From Armatimonadota bacterium (GTDB lineage Bacteria; Armatimonadota; UBA10988), in contig JACRKZ010000063.1 of the NCBI GenBank assembly GCA_016235455.1, positions 1-41,785 of the forward strand: a DNA stretch of 41,785 nt, read 5' to 3'. The position numbers and the translations under genes are program-made. Under the pieces are notes generated by a model. It was not told the DNA's origin. It was given only the letters and a program-made list of their open reading frames with translations, and made no database searches. This document shows, piece by piece, positions 10,809-20,469 of the stretch (positions are counted from its first letter, which is position 1; every line of letters begins with the position of its first letter).

Positions 10809-11321
10809 ATGACGGTTTTCACCTGCCCCGAGCGGACACCACCGCTGACCCCGCTGCTGCTCGGCCAGCTCGCACCCGCGCTAGACCAGGCTACCGGCGC
10901 CGCGTGGTGGGCCTGGATTGACGTTTGGGCCACCGTCTGGCCCTCGGCGTTGGCGCCAAGGGTTGGCGCGGGCCCATGTCCGGTCAACACTGCCATCGAC
11001 TGGTCGCTCGACGGACCGCTCTGGACGCCCGCCGCCGAGGCCATCGCCATGGCCGGCGAGTTCCACCAGATGATCGACGGGCTGCTGGCGCTCTGCTCCG
11101 CGCCCAGCGCCGAGCCGATCTGTTGCCTGGCGCTGATAGAGGCCTTCGATTCGTCGCAGTGGCGCGTCTTCACGAGCCAGCCCGAGGTGGCGCAGGCCGT
11201 ACTGGGCGATGCCGCGGCGGTCCAGGTCTGCCAGTTCAACGCGTGTCTGCCTGTGGGCATCGCCGACGCATGGGTCGCTGACATCCTCGGGCCCGACCGC
11301 CTGATCCTTCGCGCCAGGTAG
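10809..11321 (+). CDS. Hypothetical protein (paralog of 11461-11985; possibly immunity-like)
   Basis: Shared motifs WWAWIDVW, GP.W.PAA.A, F...IDG, C.A..EA.....W...T..P. Confidence 0.65.
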   Translation: MTVFTCPERTPPLTPLLLGQLAPALDQATGAAWWAWIDVWATVWPSALAPRVGAGPCPVNTAIDWSLDGPLWTPAAEAIAMAGEFHQMIDGLLALCSAPSAEPICCLALIEAFDSSQWRVFTSQPEVAQAVLGDAAAVQVCQFNACLPVGIADAWVADILGPDRLILRAR

Positions 11322-11460
11322 CCCGGTCGACGCGCTGCATCTGTGTTCTGAGACGCCGACGCGGTTCGTTCGATACGATTCGAACTAGACAACCGCGCCC
11401 CCATGGTGCACGATTCGCCGCAGAGCCTGCTGTCAGCCGCTCTAGGAGGGAGGGCCCCGC

Positions 11461-11985
11461 ATGGGCAGCGCCGCCGTGCGGTATGCGCTCAGCGGGCGCC
11501 AGATGCGCGCCGCGTCCGTGGCCGAACTCGCCGGGCTGGCGCCTGTGGTGACGCAGGCGGCGAGCGCGCTATGGTGGGCTTGGATTGATGTGTGGGGCAC
11601 GCTCTGGCCGACCGCCGCCGCCACGGAACTCGACCCCGGCTCAGGGCATCGGCCGGTGGACGTGCGGATCTATGGCCCCGCCTGGATGCCGGCCGCCGAC
11701 GCGGCCCGTTTCGCCTCGGGCTTCAGCGAGTTCATCGACGGCATTGTGCTGCTGGGCGCCGATCCCGACGATGAACGGATGGCCTGCCGCGCCGTGCTCG
11801 AAGCCAACTGCGCCTGCATCTGGTACCTCTACACCCATGAGCCCGACCTGGTCCAGTCGGCGCTGGGCCCCGACGTGGAGTGTCAGCTGCTTGAGGTGGG
11901 CGAGGTGGAGGACCTGGGCGCCAATGGCGACTGGCTGGTCACGGTGACGCCCGACGGCTTCGCGTTGGAGCGCCGGAATCCCTGA
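11461..11985 (+). CDS. Hypothetical protein (paralog of 10809-11321)
   Basis: Same motifs. Strong AGGAGGGAGG RBS and acidic C-terminus. Confidence 0.7.
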   Translation: MGSAAVRYALSGRQMRAASVAELAGLAPVVTQAASALWWAWIDVWGTLWPTAAATELDPGSGHRPVDVRIYGPAWMPAADAARFASGFSEFIDGIVLLGADPDDERMACRAVLEANCACIWYLYTHEPDLVQSALGPDVECQLLEVGEVEDLGANGDWLVTVTPDGFALERRNP

Positions 11986-12052
11986 GCTATGGCGCTGCCA
12001 GGGAACTGCCGGCGTCAGATCAGCGCTGCACATCGTGGATGGGAGACGATTC

Positions 12053-12574
12053 GTGGCCGACCATTCCGAACGTCGCCTGCGGCGCGCGCTGGCGCTGAGC
12101 CTGCTGGCCAACATCGCAGCCGTACTGGCCCTGGCCATCGCGCTGGACACCCACCGCCGCATGGCCGGCGGCGTGGTGGTCTGTGACCGCCTCTTCGTAA
12201 GGGACCATGACCGTCTGCTCTGCTACCTTGGCCCGACGCGTGAGCCCGGCGGAGCCATGGTGCATGTGGCCAGCGCCGACCACAAGCGGTTCGTGGAAGT
12301 CTCGGCCACCGACCAGGCGACTGTCCGCGCGTGGTCGGTGCCTGGCCAGGTGGAGGCGGCGTTGGCCGCGGGCCAGGCGCCGGGCCTGGCGCGAGTGGTG
12401 GCCAGGGCTGGCGGCGCTACGCCGGCGGCGGCGCTGCTGCAGTCCACCGCCGCAGGTCAGAGCGCGGTGGCGCTGGGCTGGCCGCAGGCCAAGGATGGCC
12501 AGTACCCGCTGTGGGCGCAAGCCGAGACCGATGGTCGGGTTGCCGGACGGTGGCTGCCTGGAGCGGGCCGATGA
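12053..12574 (+). CDS. Hypothetical single-pass membrane protein (paralog of 12571-13104)
   Basis: GTG 12053 after GGGAG. N-terminal TM, then GG..VC.RL.VR...YLGPT...G.A.V.VA.AD..R.VE shared with the next gene. Confidence 0.65.
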   Translation: MADHSERRLRRALALSLLANIAAVLALAIALDTHRRMAGGVVVCDRLFVRDHDRLLCYLGPTREPGGAMVHVASADHKRFVEVSATDQATVRAWSVPGQVEAALAAGQAPGLARVVARAGGATPAAALLQSTAAGQSAVALGWPQAKDGQYPLWAQAETDGRVAGRWLPGAGR

Positions 12575-13104
12575 GCGAGCACAGCCTGCGGCGCCTGGAA
12601 CGGCTGGCCACGCTCGCGGCGGCCCTGAGTTGCCTGGCAGTGGCGCTGGCCATTCACGTCAGTGGGCCGGTCTTGGGCGGCACGCTGGTCTGTCGCCGGC
12701 TGGAGGTGCGCCACGGTGGCCGGCGCGTTGTCTATCTAGGTCCGACCGCGTCGTCAGGCACGGCGGTCGTCCGTGTCGCCGGAGCCGATGGTCGCCGTGT
12801 GGTCGAACTGGCCGCCGGGCAGTCGGCCTCGGTCCGTGTCTGGGATCTGACCGACCACGCCGACGCAGGGCTGATGGCCGACCAGCGTGCCGCGGGCATG
12901 TTGGCGCGATGGGGACGCGGGGAGCGCAGGGCGGAGACTGAGGCGCACGTGACCAGCGCTGGCGACAGTTCGCTGCATGCGGGCCGCCTGCCCACCAAGG
13001 AGCAACCGCCGCCGCTGGCCGTGTACGTCGCGTCCGACGGCGACAGGGACGGCCTGTGGCCGGTGCGCGCGACCAGCAGGCGCGTCGAGCTCGACCAGCG
13101 GTGA
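12571..13104 (+). CDS. Hypothetical single-pass membrane protein
   Basis: ATGA overlap with the previous gene. MSEHSLRRLERLATLAAALSCLAVALAI, with clear paralogy to it. Confidence 0.65.
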   Translation: MSEHSLRRLERLATLAAALSCLAVALAIHVSGPVLGGTLVCRRLEVRHGGRRVVYLGPTASSGTAVVRVAGADGRRVVELAAGQSASVRVWDLTDHADAGLMADQRAAGMLARWGRGERRAETEAHVTSAGDSSLHAGRLPTKEQPPPLAVYVASDGDRDGLWPVRATSRRVELDQR

Positions 13105-13158
13105 TGCCAGGCGCCCGGACCAAGCCGGCGGTCACGCGGGCTGGGCGGCGCTCGGTGG

Positions 13159-15771
13159 CTATACTGCTGAGGGCGAAGATGCTCCATCGTCGCTCCGCCG
13201 CATCGTCCTGATCTCATGCGCCCGCAACTGGCCGGCAGCCGCGTCCAGCGGCGCTTCGAGCAGGTCCGTGCTCTGCCACGCGCCGGCCAGGCCCGTCGGC
13301 GTCGCCTGCCCATAGGGCTCGTACAGCCGCACCACGAGGTCGTCGCCGTCCTCGGCGCGCTTGACCGCGCTGACCACCACCGCGTCGTTGCTCGTGGGCA
13401 GCAGGCTGTGCTCGGCCGGCAGGTCGCCCCTGTCCGTCACGGGCACGGCCAGGTGAGCGGCGTTGAAGGTGGCCGCCAGGCGCGCCGGATTGGCCTGAGT
13501 GAGGCTGCCCTGGGCCACGCCGAGCAGCATCTCGAAGCTGTAGTGCCCGACCTCGGCGGCGCCTTGGGCGTCCCATGCGCCCAGCGGCATGCCGGGGCTG
13601 CGCAGGATGGTCACCTTCACCGTGCCGTGGTCGACGCGGTGACAGGGCGTTCCGCGGTTGGCGATGGTCAGCCAGGCGTCCTGCTCCGCCCAGCGCGCGG
13701 CGACGAAGTCCAGCGCCGGCCAGTCGCCATTGGGCCGCGTGTGCACGCCATATTGCCCGGCATAGCGCCGGCGCGGCAGCACGCCGAACGGCGCCTCGTA
13801 CCAGGCTTCATCCTCGGGTGTCGCGAAGGCCAGCGGCACGCCCACCATCAGCCGGCCGTGCAGCGAGTCCCAGTCGACGTCGGTCTTGAGGTAGACGCCG
13901 CGCACCCCGTCGTACAGCGTGTACTCCTGGCGCCAGACCAGCCGCCGCAGACAGCGCTCGTGCTGGACACGCCGGTCGGCGAAGCTGCCCTCGACCACCA
14001 CGCGCTGGTAGCCTGGCCCGCTGGTCAGGGCCACCGTGGGCGACGAATGGCGCGCCACCGAGCAGGCGAACGACGGCTGGGCCATGGTCTCCCAGACGCT
14101 GCCGTAGTCCTCCTCGAAGATGAGCCCGCCCACCTCGCCGCGTGCCACGACCTGGCCCAGGTCCTTGTCGAACAGCTCGCAGACGCCGAACGCGTCGGTG
14201 CGCAGCCGGCAGTGCTCGTTCTCGATGGTCTCGCCGGCCAGCGGCGTCTCGACCGCGGGCTGGTCGGTGAAGCGGTAGTGCAGCGTGGCATAACCGTGCG
14301 GCGGAAGGTGCAGGCCGGTCAGCCGCACGCCGGCGCGACCCCCGACCGCGCGCGGCACGGCCTGGAACGAGCAGGCCGGCAGCGGCTGGCCATGGTTGTC
14401 GAGCAGTTCGATAGCCGCCGGCAGCTCGCGCCCGGGGACATCCAGCGCGATGTCGAGCGGCGTGCCCGCGACGGCCCAGCCCAACGGGTTGAGCACGGCC
14501 GCCGTGGCGTAGCCGGCGCGGCTCGGGGCGGCGATCCGCGCACCCAGGCCGGCGCCGGCCTCGTCGTAGACCATCTGCGCGCCACGGGCGATGTTGCGGC
14601 ACAGGCACAGCAGTTCATCATAGGCGCCGTCGCTGTGGCTGCCGGTGAGCGCGTCGTGGAACTGTAGCAGCGCCATGTCGTTCCACAGCCGCTCCAGCTT
14701 GCGTCTTGGGTAGACGTCGCCCGGCTGCCAGGCCAGCGCGGCCGTGGTCTCGGCGGCGGACAGCAGCGCCTCCAGCCGGCGGTTCCACAGTTTGAGCCGG
14801 ATGCGGCTGGCATAGCAGCCGGTGCAGATGGGGTTGGCCTCAACCTCCGGCCGGATCTCCTCCGGCCGCAATGAATCGCTTCTCAAGCGGGCCAGACGCT
14901 CGCCATCGAGGGCCTCGACCAGTTCGGTCATGGTCGCCCAGCGCGGGTCAAAGCCGTGCTCGCGGGCCAACTGCAGGAGCCGGTCCAGCGCGGCCCGGTT
15001 CTCCAGCGTCTCCTCGCCGGTGATGCGCAGGACCAGTTCGTCGCCGTCGATGCCCTGCAGGCGCGTGAACAGCCGCGTCAGGTGCTCATCCGAGCGGACG
15101 TTCTCGTCGGACAGGTCCATGCCGCGGTAGCCGCAGAGCGGGCAGCCGTCGCCATCGCAGCAGGTTGCTGGCGACCGGGTGCAGCCGCCGCCGGCCATGA
15201 CCTGCGGCAGGCCCAGGTTCTCCCAGGTCGGCCGGATGAGAATGGTCGAGCCGTCGAGCCCGCGCCAGAAGGGCACGCCGTCGTCCATCAGGCGCGAGGT
15301 GTTGGCCAGCGTCTCGTAGCCCAGGCCGCGCAGGATCTGTGGCATCTGCGCCGAGTAGCCGAAGAGGTCGGTGCCGACCGCGGTGGTTGGGCGCCTGCCG
15401 AAGGTGCGCTGACACCACAGCACGTTGTACAGGTGGTTGCGCACCAGCGATTCGCCGCTGACCATGTTCAGGTCGATGAGCGTCTCGCCGCCGCCGGGCA
15501 GCTCCAGGGCGCCGGAGTCCACGACGCGCCCGACGGCCGGCAGCAGGTCGGGGTTGCGCTCCAGGAAGAGCTTCAGCGGCAACGCCTGCTCCAGCGTGTA
15601 GCGCACCTCGCCCTGGCCGCACCAGTCCACCGCACGGCGGATCTGTTCCTCCTCCAGGTCGGAGTACGGCCTGATGATGCCGTCCACGGCCTCGTAGTGC
15701 GTGCGGCAACCGCGCCGCCAGACCACGTCCATGTGGTTGTCCAGGAGGATGAGAAGCCTACGACTCGCCAT
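13159..15771 (-). CDS. Glycoside hydrolase family 38 (alpha-mannosidase-like)
   Basis: NHMDVVW, DLNMVSGESLVRN, DLFGYSAQMPQIL, FWRGLDGS, LQFHDALTGS, YEAPFG, AVKRAEDGDDLVVRLYE. ATG 15771 after GGGAG. Confidence 0.9.
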   Translation of the reverse strand: MASRRLLILLDNHMDVVWRRGCRTHYEAVDGIIRPYSDLEEEQIRRAVDWCGQGEVRYTLEQALPLKLFLERNPDLLPAVGRVVDSGALELPGGGETLIDLNMVSGESLVRNHLYNVLWCQRTFGRRPTTAVGTDLFGYSAQMPQILRGLGYETLANTSRLMDDGVPFWRGLDGSTILIRPTWENLGLPQVMAGGGCTRSPATCCDGDGCPLCGYRGMDLSDENVRSDEHLTRLFTRLQGIDGDELVLRITGEETLENRAALDRLLQLAREHGFDPRWATMTELVEALDGERLARLRSDSLRPEEIRPEVEANPICTGCYASRIRLKLWNRRLEALLSAAETTAALAWQPGDVYPRRKLERLWNDMALLQFHDALTGSHSDGAYDELLCLCRNIARGAQMVYDEAGAGLGARIAAPSRAGYATAAVLNPLGWAVAGTPLDIALDVPGRELPAAIELLDNHGQPLPACSFQAVPRAVGGRAGVRLTGLHLPPHGYATLHYRFTDQPAVETPLAGETIENEHCRLRTDAFGVCELFDKDLGQVVARGEVGGLIFEEDYGSVWETMAQPSFACSVARHSSPTVALTSGPGYQRVVVEGSFADRRVQHERCLRRLVWRQEYTLYDGVRGVYLKTDVDWDSLHGRLMVGVPLAFATPEDEAWYEAPFGVLPRRRYAGQYGVHTRPNGDWPALDFVAARWAEQDAWLTIANRGTPCHRVDHGTVKVTILRSPGMPLGAWDAQGAAEVGHYSFEMLLGVAQGSLTQANPARLAATFNAAHLAVPVTDRGDLPAEHSLLPTSNDAVVVSAVKRAEDGDDLVVRLYEPYGQATPTGLAGAWQSTDLLEAPLDAAAGQLRAHEIRTMRRSDDGASSPSAV

Positions 15772-15833
15772 GCTGCCACTCCCGGCCACAGGTTACCTCA
15801 ACCAGTGCGCGTGGTGACGAGCGGATCGCTTGT

Positions 15834-15862
15834 TTGCCGCGGCGGGTTCGTCCCTCTACACT
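15834..15862 (+). promoter_or_regulatory. Putative sigma70 promoter for the DUF1330-methyltransferase pair
   Basis: TTGCCG (15834-15839), 17 nt, TACACT (15857-15862). Confidence 0.55.
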
Positions 15863-15879
15863 GCGCTGGGAGACCGAGG

Positions 15880-16179
15880 GTGAGCGTGCTGTTCGTCGCG
15901 GAGATCAACGACATCGAGGACCCGGCTGCCTACGCCGAGTACGGCCGGCGGGCGCAGCCGATCATCAGCGCCCATGGCGGGCGCTACCTGGTGCGCGGCG
16001 GCTCGCCCCGCGCCATCCTGGGCGACTGGGCGCCGATGCGGCTGGTGGTCATTGAGTTCGAGAGCGAGGCCCGAGCGCGGGCCTGCTTCACCAGCCCCGA
16101 GTATCTGGCCATCGCGCCCTTGCGTGAGCGCGCGACCCGGTCGCACGCCACGCTGGTCGATCCGTACCAGGGAGAGTGA
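15880..16179 (+). CDS. DUF1330 domain protein
   Basis: DPAAYAEY...ISAHGGRYLVRGG...GDWAPMRLVVIEFES...FTSPEY...RERA. The real start is GTG 15880, inside the 407-aa ORF. Confidence 0.88.
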   Translation: MSVLFVAEINDIEDPAAYAEYGRRAQPIISAHGGRYLVRGGSPRAILGDWAPMRLVVIEFESEARARACFTSPEYLAIAPLRERATRSHATLVDPYQGE

Positions 16180-16181
16180 GC

Positions 16182-16874
16182 ATGGCCGAGCGACCCGACT
16201 GGCAGTGGGACGAGATGCGGCAGGTGGGCACCGACTACGCCGACGTGACCGAAGTGGAGCGCTACGACGAGCGCATGGGCCAGTTTCGCGATCTGGCCGG
16301 TGAGGATGCCGCCATCCTCGCCGAGTTGGCGCTTGGTCCCTGTTCTAACGTGCTTGAGATTGGTACGGGCACGGGCCATTTCGCCCATGCGGCGCTGGCC
16401 GCTGGGCATCGCGTCATCGCCGCGGATGTGTCGGCGGTCATGCTGGAGTACGCCGCGGCCAAGGCCCGACGGCTGTGCCTGTCCGGTCTGACCTGCATCC
16501 ACGCCGGCTTCCTGGGCCTGGACCTGCCGGCGGGGTCGGTGGACGCGGCGGTGTCTGTGGCGGCTCTGCACCATCTGCCCGACGCCTGGAAGCTGGTGGC
16601 GTTGCGGCGGCTGTACGAGATGTTGCGGCCAGGTGGCCGCTTCATCCTGCGCGACGTGGTCTTCGCGGTAGAAGGGCACGACTACGCCACGGGCATGACG
16701 CGACTGATCAACGAGCTGCCCGACACGATGCGGGTCGAGGCGGTGCGGCATGTGGCGCGGGAGTACAGCACATTTGACTGGCTGATGGCGGCGATGCTGG
16801 AGCGCGCGGGCTTCGAGATCGTGGCCCAGCAGCTGCATCGCGGGTCGCTGATGCACTACCTATGCCGGCGGTGA
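16182..16874 (+). CDS. Class I SAM-dependent methyltransferase
   Basis: VLEIGTGTG, AADVSAVML, DAAVSVAALHHL, LRPGGRF. Confidence 0.9.
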   Translation: MAERPDWQWDEMRQVGTDYADVTEVERYDERMGQFRDLAGEDAAILAELALGPCSNVLEIGTGTGHFAHAALAAGHRVIAADVSAVMLEYAAAKARRLCLSGLTCIHAGFLGLDLPAGSVDAAVSVAALHHLPDAWKLVALRRLYEMLRPGGRFILRDVVFAVEGHDYATGMTRLINELPDTMRVEAVRHVAREYSTFDWLMAAMLERAGFEIVAQQLHRGSLMHYLCRR

Positions 16875-16882
16875 GGCAGATC

Positions 16883-16951
16883 CCCCTCTGTGATCTCTGT
16901 GTCCTCTCGTGGTGGAATCAGACCACGGAGAGCGCAGAGACCACAGAGGGG
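16883..16951. repeat. Long imperfect hairpin (CTCTGTG / CACAGAG type REP-like element) between convergent genes
   Basis: CCCCTCTGTGATCTCTGTGTCCTCTCGTGGT pairs with ACCACGGAGAGCGCAGAGACCACAGAGGGG. May also serve as a terminator. Confidence 0.7.
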
Positions 16952-16958
16952 CCTCCTG

Positions 16959-18627
16959 TCACTTGGCCCAGGCCCGCACGTAGTCGACGACCATCACGGA
17001 CGGATCCGGCGTCTTCGCGATGGACCAGCCGCCGCCCAGCGCCAGGTTGACCAGCAGATACATGGGCTGCTTGGCCTCCTCGGGGGTCTTGTACTTCCAG
17101 ATCTCGCAGCGGTCGTAGTAGAACGTGATGAAGTCCGGCTGGACCATCACGCCATAGGTGTGGAAGCCCGAGTCCATGCCCTCGACGATGGCCGGCTGGC
17201 CTTCGCCGGTGTGTGTGCCATTGGCCAGCCAGCGGTGCACGGTGGTGTGCAGCGCGTTGGGATGCTCGCCGTACTGCTCGACCACGTCGATCTCCGAGCC
17301 GTCCACCTTCTTGTCGGTGATCGTCGCCGACGGCAGCAGCCAGAACGCCGGCCAGGTGCCGGGGCCCTTGGGCAGCTTGGCGCGCATCTCGAAGTAGCCG
17401 TACTTCTGGCTGAAGCCCTGGCCCTTGACGTCCACCGAGGCCAGCAGGCCCGACTGCCACTTGCCGTTGACCTTCCGCGCGGTGATCTCCAGGTTGCCGT
17501 CGACCACCCGGAACGGCCCGTTGGGGCCGGGATCGGCGAAGCCGGCATCGCCGAAGTCACCCCAGTACGGTGTGTGGGTCATCCACCGCGTGCCGGGCCC
17601 CTGGCGCGAAGCGCTGAGGTCCTTGTCGGTGAAGTCCTCGTCGAAGGTCACCTTGTAGCCGGTCAGGTCGAGGCTGGGCTTGGCCAGCGGCGGGATGGGC
17701 GCATCGGCGGCGATGGGCAGCGTGCCCGCCGTGAAGGCCATCTCGCCCGCGTCCTTGACGCCTTCGCCGGTCTTGATGGCGATGCGCTTGCCGCTCTTGC
17801 GGTCCCACAGGCCGACGTTGATCTTCCAGTTGCCCAAGGCGCAGTCGGTGGGCGCGACGAACACGTTGGTGTACTCGACGTGGCCGGTCCACTGCGAGGT
17901 GGGCACGGGCGGCAGGTGGTCATGCTGCATCCTGGTCTTGCCATCGGGGCCGGCCCATGGGCTCGGCGTCCCAGCGGTAGGTGATCTTCAGCCCATAGGC
18001 CGGCCGCGCGGCGGTCTGGCTGAGCTTGACCGACAACAGCGTCGGCACGCCCGGCGGGACGATCTCGGCGCGGATGTCATCGAACCACAGCGAGCCCTGC
18101 TTGGCCGCGCCGACATCGGTGTTGCCGATGTTGATGCCCAGCCCCTTGGGCGGCGCATGCCACTTGCCGTCGTTGGCACCACCCCAGTGCTCACCGCCGA
18201 CCAACTTGCTCACGTCGAGCACGAGTTCCTGCCACTCGCTGGTGGCCTGGAGCTTGACGTCCTTGGTCTGATGGCACTGCCCCGTGGCGTCATTGAGCCG
18301 CACGCCGACCTGATGCACGTCCTTGGCCCTGACCCACAGGCGGATGGCCTTGACATCGCGCGCCACCAGGTCGTCCAGCGTCAGCCACCAGCCGACATAG
18401 GCGCCACCGCCGGTGAAGTCGGCGTCCAGGCGGTAGGACGAGTCGCCGGCGTGCTTGACCGCCGTGTCGCGCTCCAGCCCGCCCTTGGCGCCAGGGAACT
18501 CCTGGCCGCCGATGTACTTCCACTGCGGCGACGGCGCCTGATCACAGGCGTCGAGCACTACCTCGTTGTCCGCGGCCCCTACGGCCGTCAGCGCCAGCAC
18601 TGCTGGCAACAGTCTGAGCCACCTCAT
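16959..18627 (-). pseudogene. Secreted GH16 glycoside hydrolase with N-terminal CBM-like and Ig-like modules, split by a frameshift near 17950
   Basis: Signal peptide MRWLRLLPAVLALTAVGA after AGGAGG. The downstream frame has YGYFEMRAKLPKGPGTWPAFW and catalytic EIDVVE. YRWDAEPMGR continues as PDGKTRMQHDHLP in another frame. Confidence 0.75.
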
Positions 18628-18674
18628 CGCTTCCTCCTGGTGACTGTGACTTATACGCAAAAGTGAGGGTTCCT

Positions 18675-20465
18675 TCACTGGTCGATGCGGATTCTGATCA
18701 CCCGCTGGTTCCCCGTATCAGCGACCACGGCGCGGCCCCCGGCCACCGCCACCTGCATCGGCCGGTCCAGGTGCCCGCCGTCGTCGCCGGGCTTGTCGGG
18801 CTCGCCCAGTTGGCCCAGCGGCGCGCGCGTCTCCGCGTCGTAGGCCAGCACGCGGTGCCGCTCGGTGTCGGCCACCAGCAGCGTCGCGCCGTCACTGGCC
18901 AGCCGCACCGCGGCGCCGAAGCCGTCGGCCAGCGTCCAGGCGAGGGTCAGGCCGTCGCCCTGGGGCGCCAGGCAGAGCACGCGGCCGCCATCGGCCAGCA
19001 GCAGCTTGCCGTCGGGCAGCGCGGCCAGGTCGGTGGGCGTGGTGAGCGTCACGCCGTCGAGCGCTGCCGGTTGCCAGGTAGCGGCGTCGATGGCCAGGTT
19101 GGCGAGCGATACCTTGGCCCGCAGCAGGCGCCGGCCCGGCCCATCCACGGCCCAGGCCGTGCCAGTCGGCTGGCCGGCCGAGGCACTGACCGCGAAGCCG
19201 GTGATGCTCCGGCTCAGGGCCAGCGGCTCGCCGCGGCGCGCCTCATTGCGGTCGCCCGGCCGGCGGCTGAAGGTGATCGGGTAGGGCGCCTTGTTCTGGC
19301 CGTCGTCGAGCCGGTAGACCGCGCCGCAGGCCAGCATCTGCTCGCCGGCGAAGTAGCCGCCCGTGGTGGCGATGTGCAGTTCGGCCTTGCGGGGCGGCAC
19401 GTCGCAATCGTCATCCCAGCGCCACCAGAGCGTGCTGCGAAAGGTGCCCACGGCCACCCAGCCGTCGGCGCTCAGGTTGAGGCTGGCGATATGGGGCAGC
19501 GCGCCCAGCCGCCGCACCAGCCGCAACGAGCGCTCGGCGGTGTCCCACCAGGCGTAGTAGACCGCGTCGGCCATGTTGGTGCCGATGACCAAGCCCTGGG
19601 TCGGCCCGCCACCAACCATGCCTACCTGCGTGGGGAAGGTCAGCTCATGGTGCCATTCGACCACGCGGCCGGGATCGACCTGGGCCGCCAGGTCGCAGCG
19701 CGCCAGGAAGCCGTAGTGTCCGGCATCCCACAGGGCGCCACCAGCCAACGACAGCCGGCCCTCGAAGGCGGTCGGCTGCGCTGGGGTCTTGGTGGTCGGC
19801 ACCGGCCAGTCGCCCGCGGCGCGCGTGCCATCCAGCCGCCGGCAGTCGACTGCCCAGGCGTCGGGGAACTGCGCGCCCAGATAGACCAGGCGGCGCGCCG
19901 CGTCGAAGACCAGCCCCGACGGCAGCCGGCCCGGCAGGCTGAACAGGGCGGTCAGCGCGCCGCTGGCGGCGTCGGCGGCGTAGACGCCCATCTGGCCCGG
20001 CGCGGTCTCCCAGGCCAGCAGCAGTCGGCCGTCGCACGGCTCGGCGCCCAGGCATGGCGGCCACCAGTCGTCTGGTTGCCGCGGCAGCGGTGGGCCGAAG
20101 GGCCTGGCCACGGCGCCCGAGCGACGCTCCAGGCGGTAGAGCCAGTTGCGTCCGCCGCTCTGACCAATGAAGTACAGCGCATCGCCCAATAGCGCCAGCT
20201 TGCGGCACGAGGCTCGTGCGCCAGCCGGCTCCAGGCCAAACGACTCGACCAGCGCGCCGCTCAGGCCCAGGCGGTTGATGCGGTCGCCGCCGCTGACCCA
20301 CACGCAGCCGTCGCGATCCACCACGGCGCCGGTTTCGCATTTGGCATCGCCCACGCGCACCAGGCCTGGGCCGGCGCCGCCGCTGTTGCCCAACGCGCCC
20401 ACGGCACGCAGTGACGCGGCCGGCGCGTGGCAGGCGGTCAGCAGCAGCAGAGCCAACCATCGCAT
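18675..20465 (-). CDS. Secreted NHL-repeat beta-propeller protein
   Basis: Signal MRWLALLLLTAC (possible lipobox). C-terminal NHL motifs LLVADTERHRV and LDRPMQVAV...VVADTGNQRV. Confidence 0.75.
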   Translation of the reverse strand: MRWLALLLLTACHAPAASLRAVGALGNSGGAGPGLVRVGDAKCETGAVVDRDGCVWVSGGDRINRLGLSGALVESFGLEPAGARASCRKLALLGDALYFIGQSGGRNWLYRLERRSGAVARPFGPPLPRQPDDWWPPCLGAEPCDGRLLLAWETAPGQMGVYAADAASGALTALFSLPGRLPSGLVFDAARRLVYLGAQFPDAWAVDCRRLDGTRAAGDWPVPTTKTPAQPTAFEGRLSLAGGALWDAGHYGFLARCDLAAQVDPGRVVEWHHELTFPTQVGMVGGGPTQGLVIGTNMADAVYYAWWDTAERSLRLVRRLGALPHIASLNLSADGWVAVGTFRSTLWWRWDDDCDVPPRKAELHIATTGGYFAGEQMLACGAVYRLDDGQNKAPYPITFSRRPGDRNEARRGEPLALSRSITGFAVSASAGQPTGTAWAVDGPGRRLLRAKVSLANLAIDAATWQPAALDGVTLTTPTDLAALPDGKLLLADGGRVLCLAPQGDGLTLAWTLADGFGAAVRLASDGATLLVADTERHRVLAYDAETRAPLGQLGEPDKPGDDGGHLDRPMQVAVAGGRAVVADTGNQRVIRIRIDQ

Positions 20466-20469
20466 GGCG

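Noticed and set aside
11322-11460. Lower-GC spacer with TTCG/CGAA repeats as an ncRNA or SOS box
   Set aside because: No stable structure or correctly spaced operator consensus could be supported.
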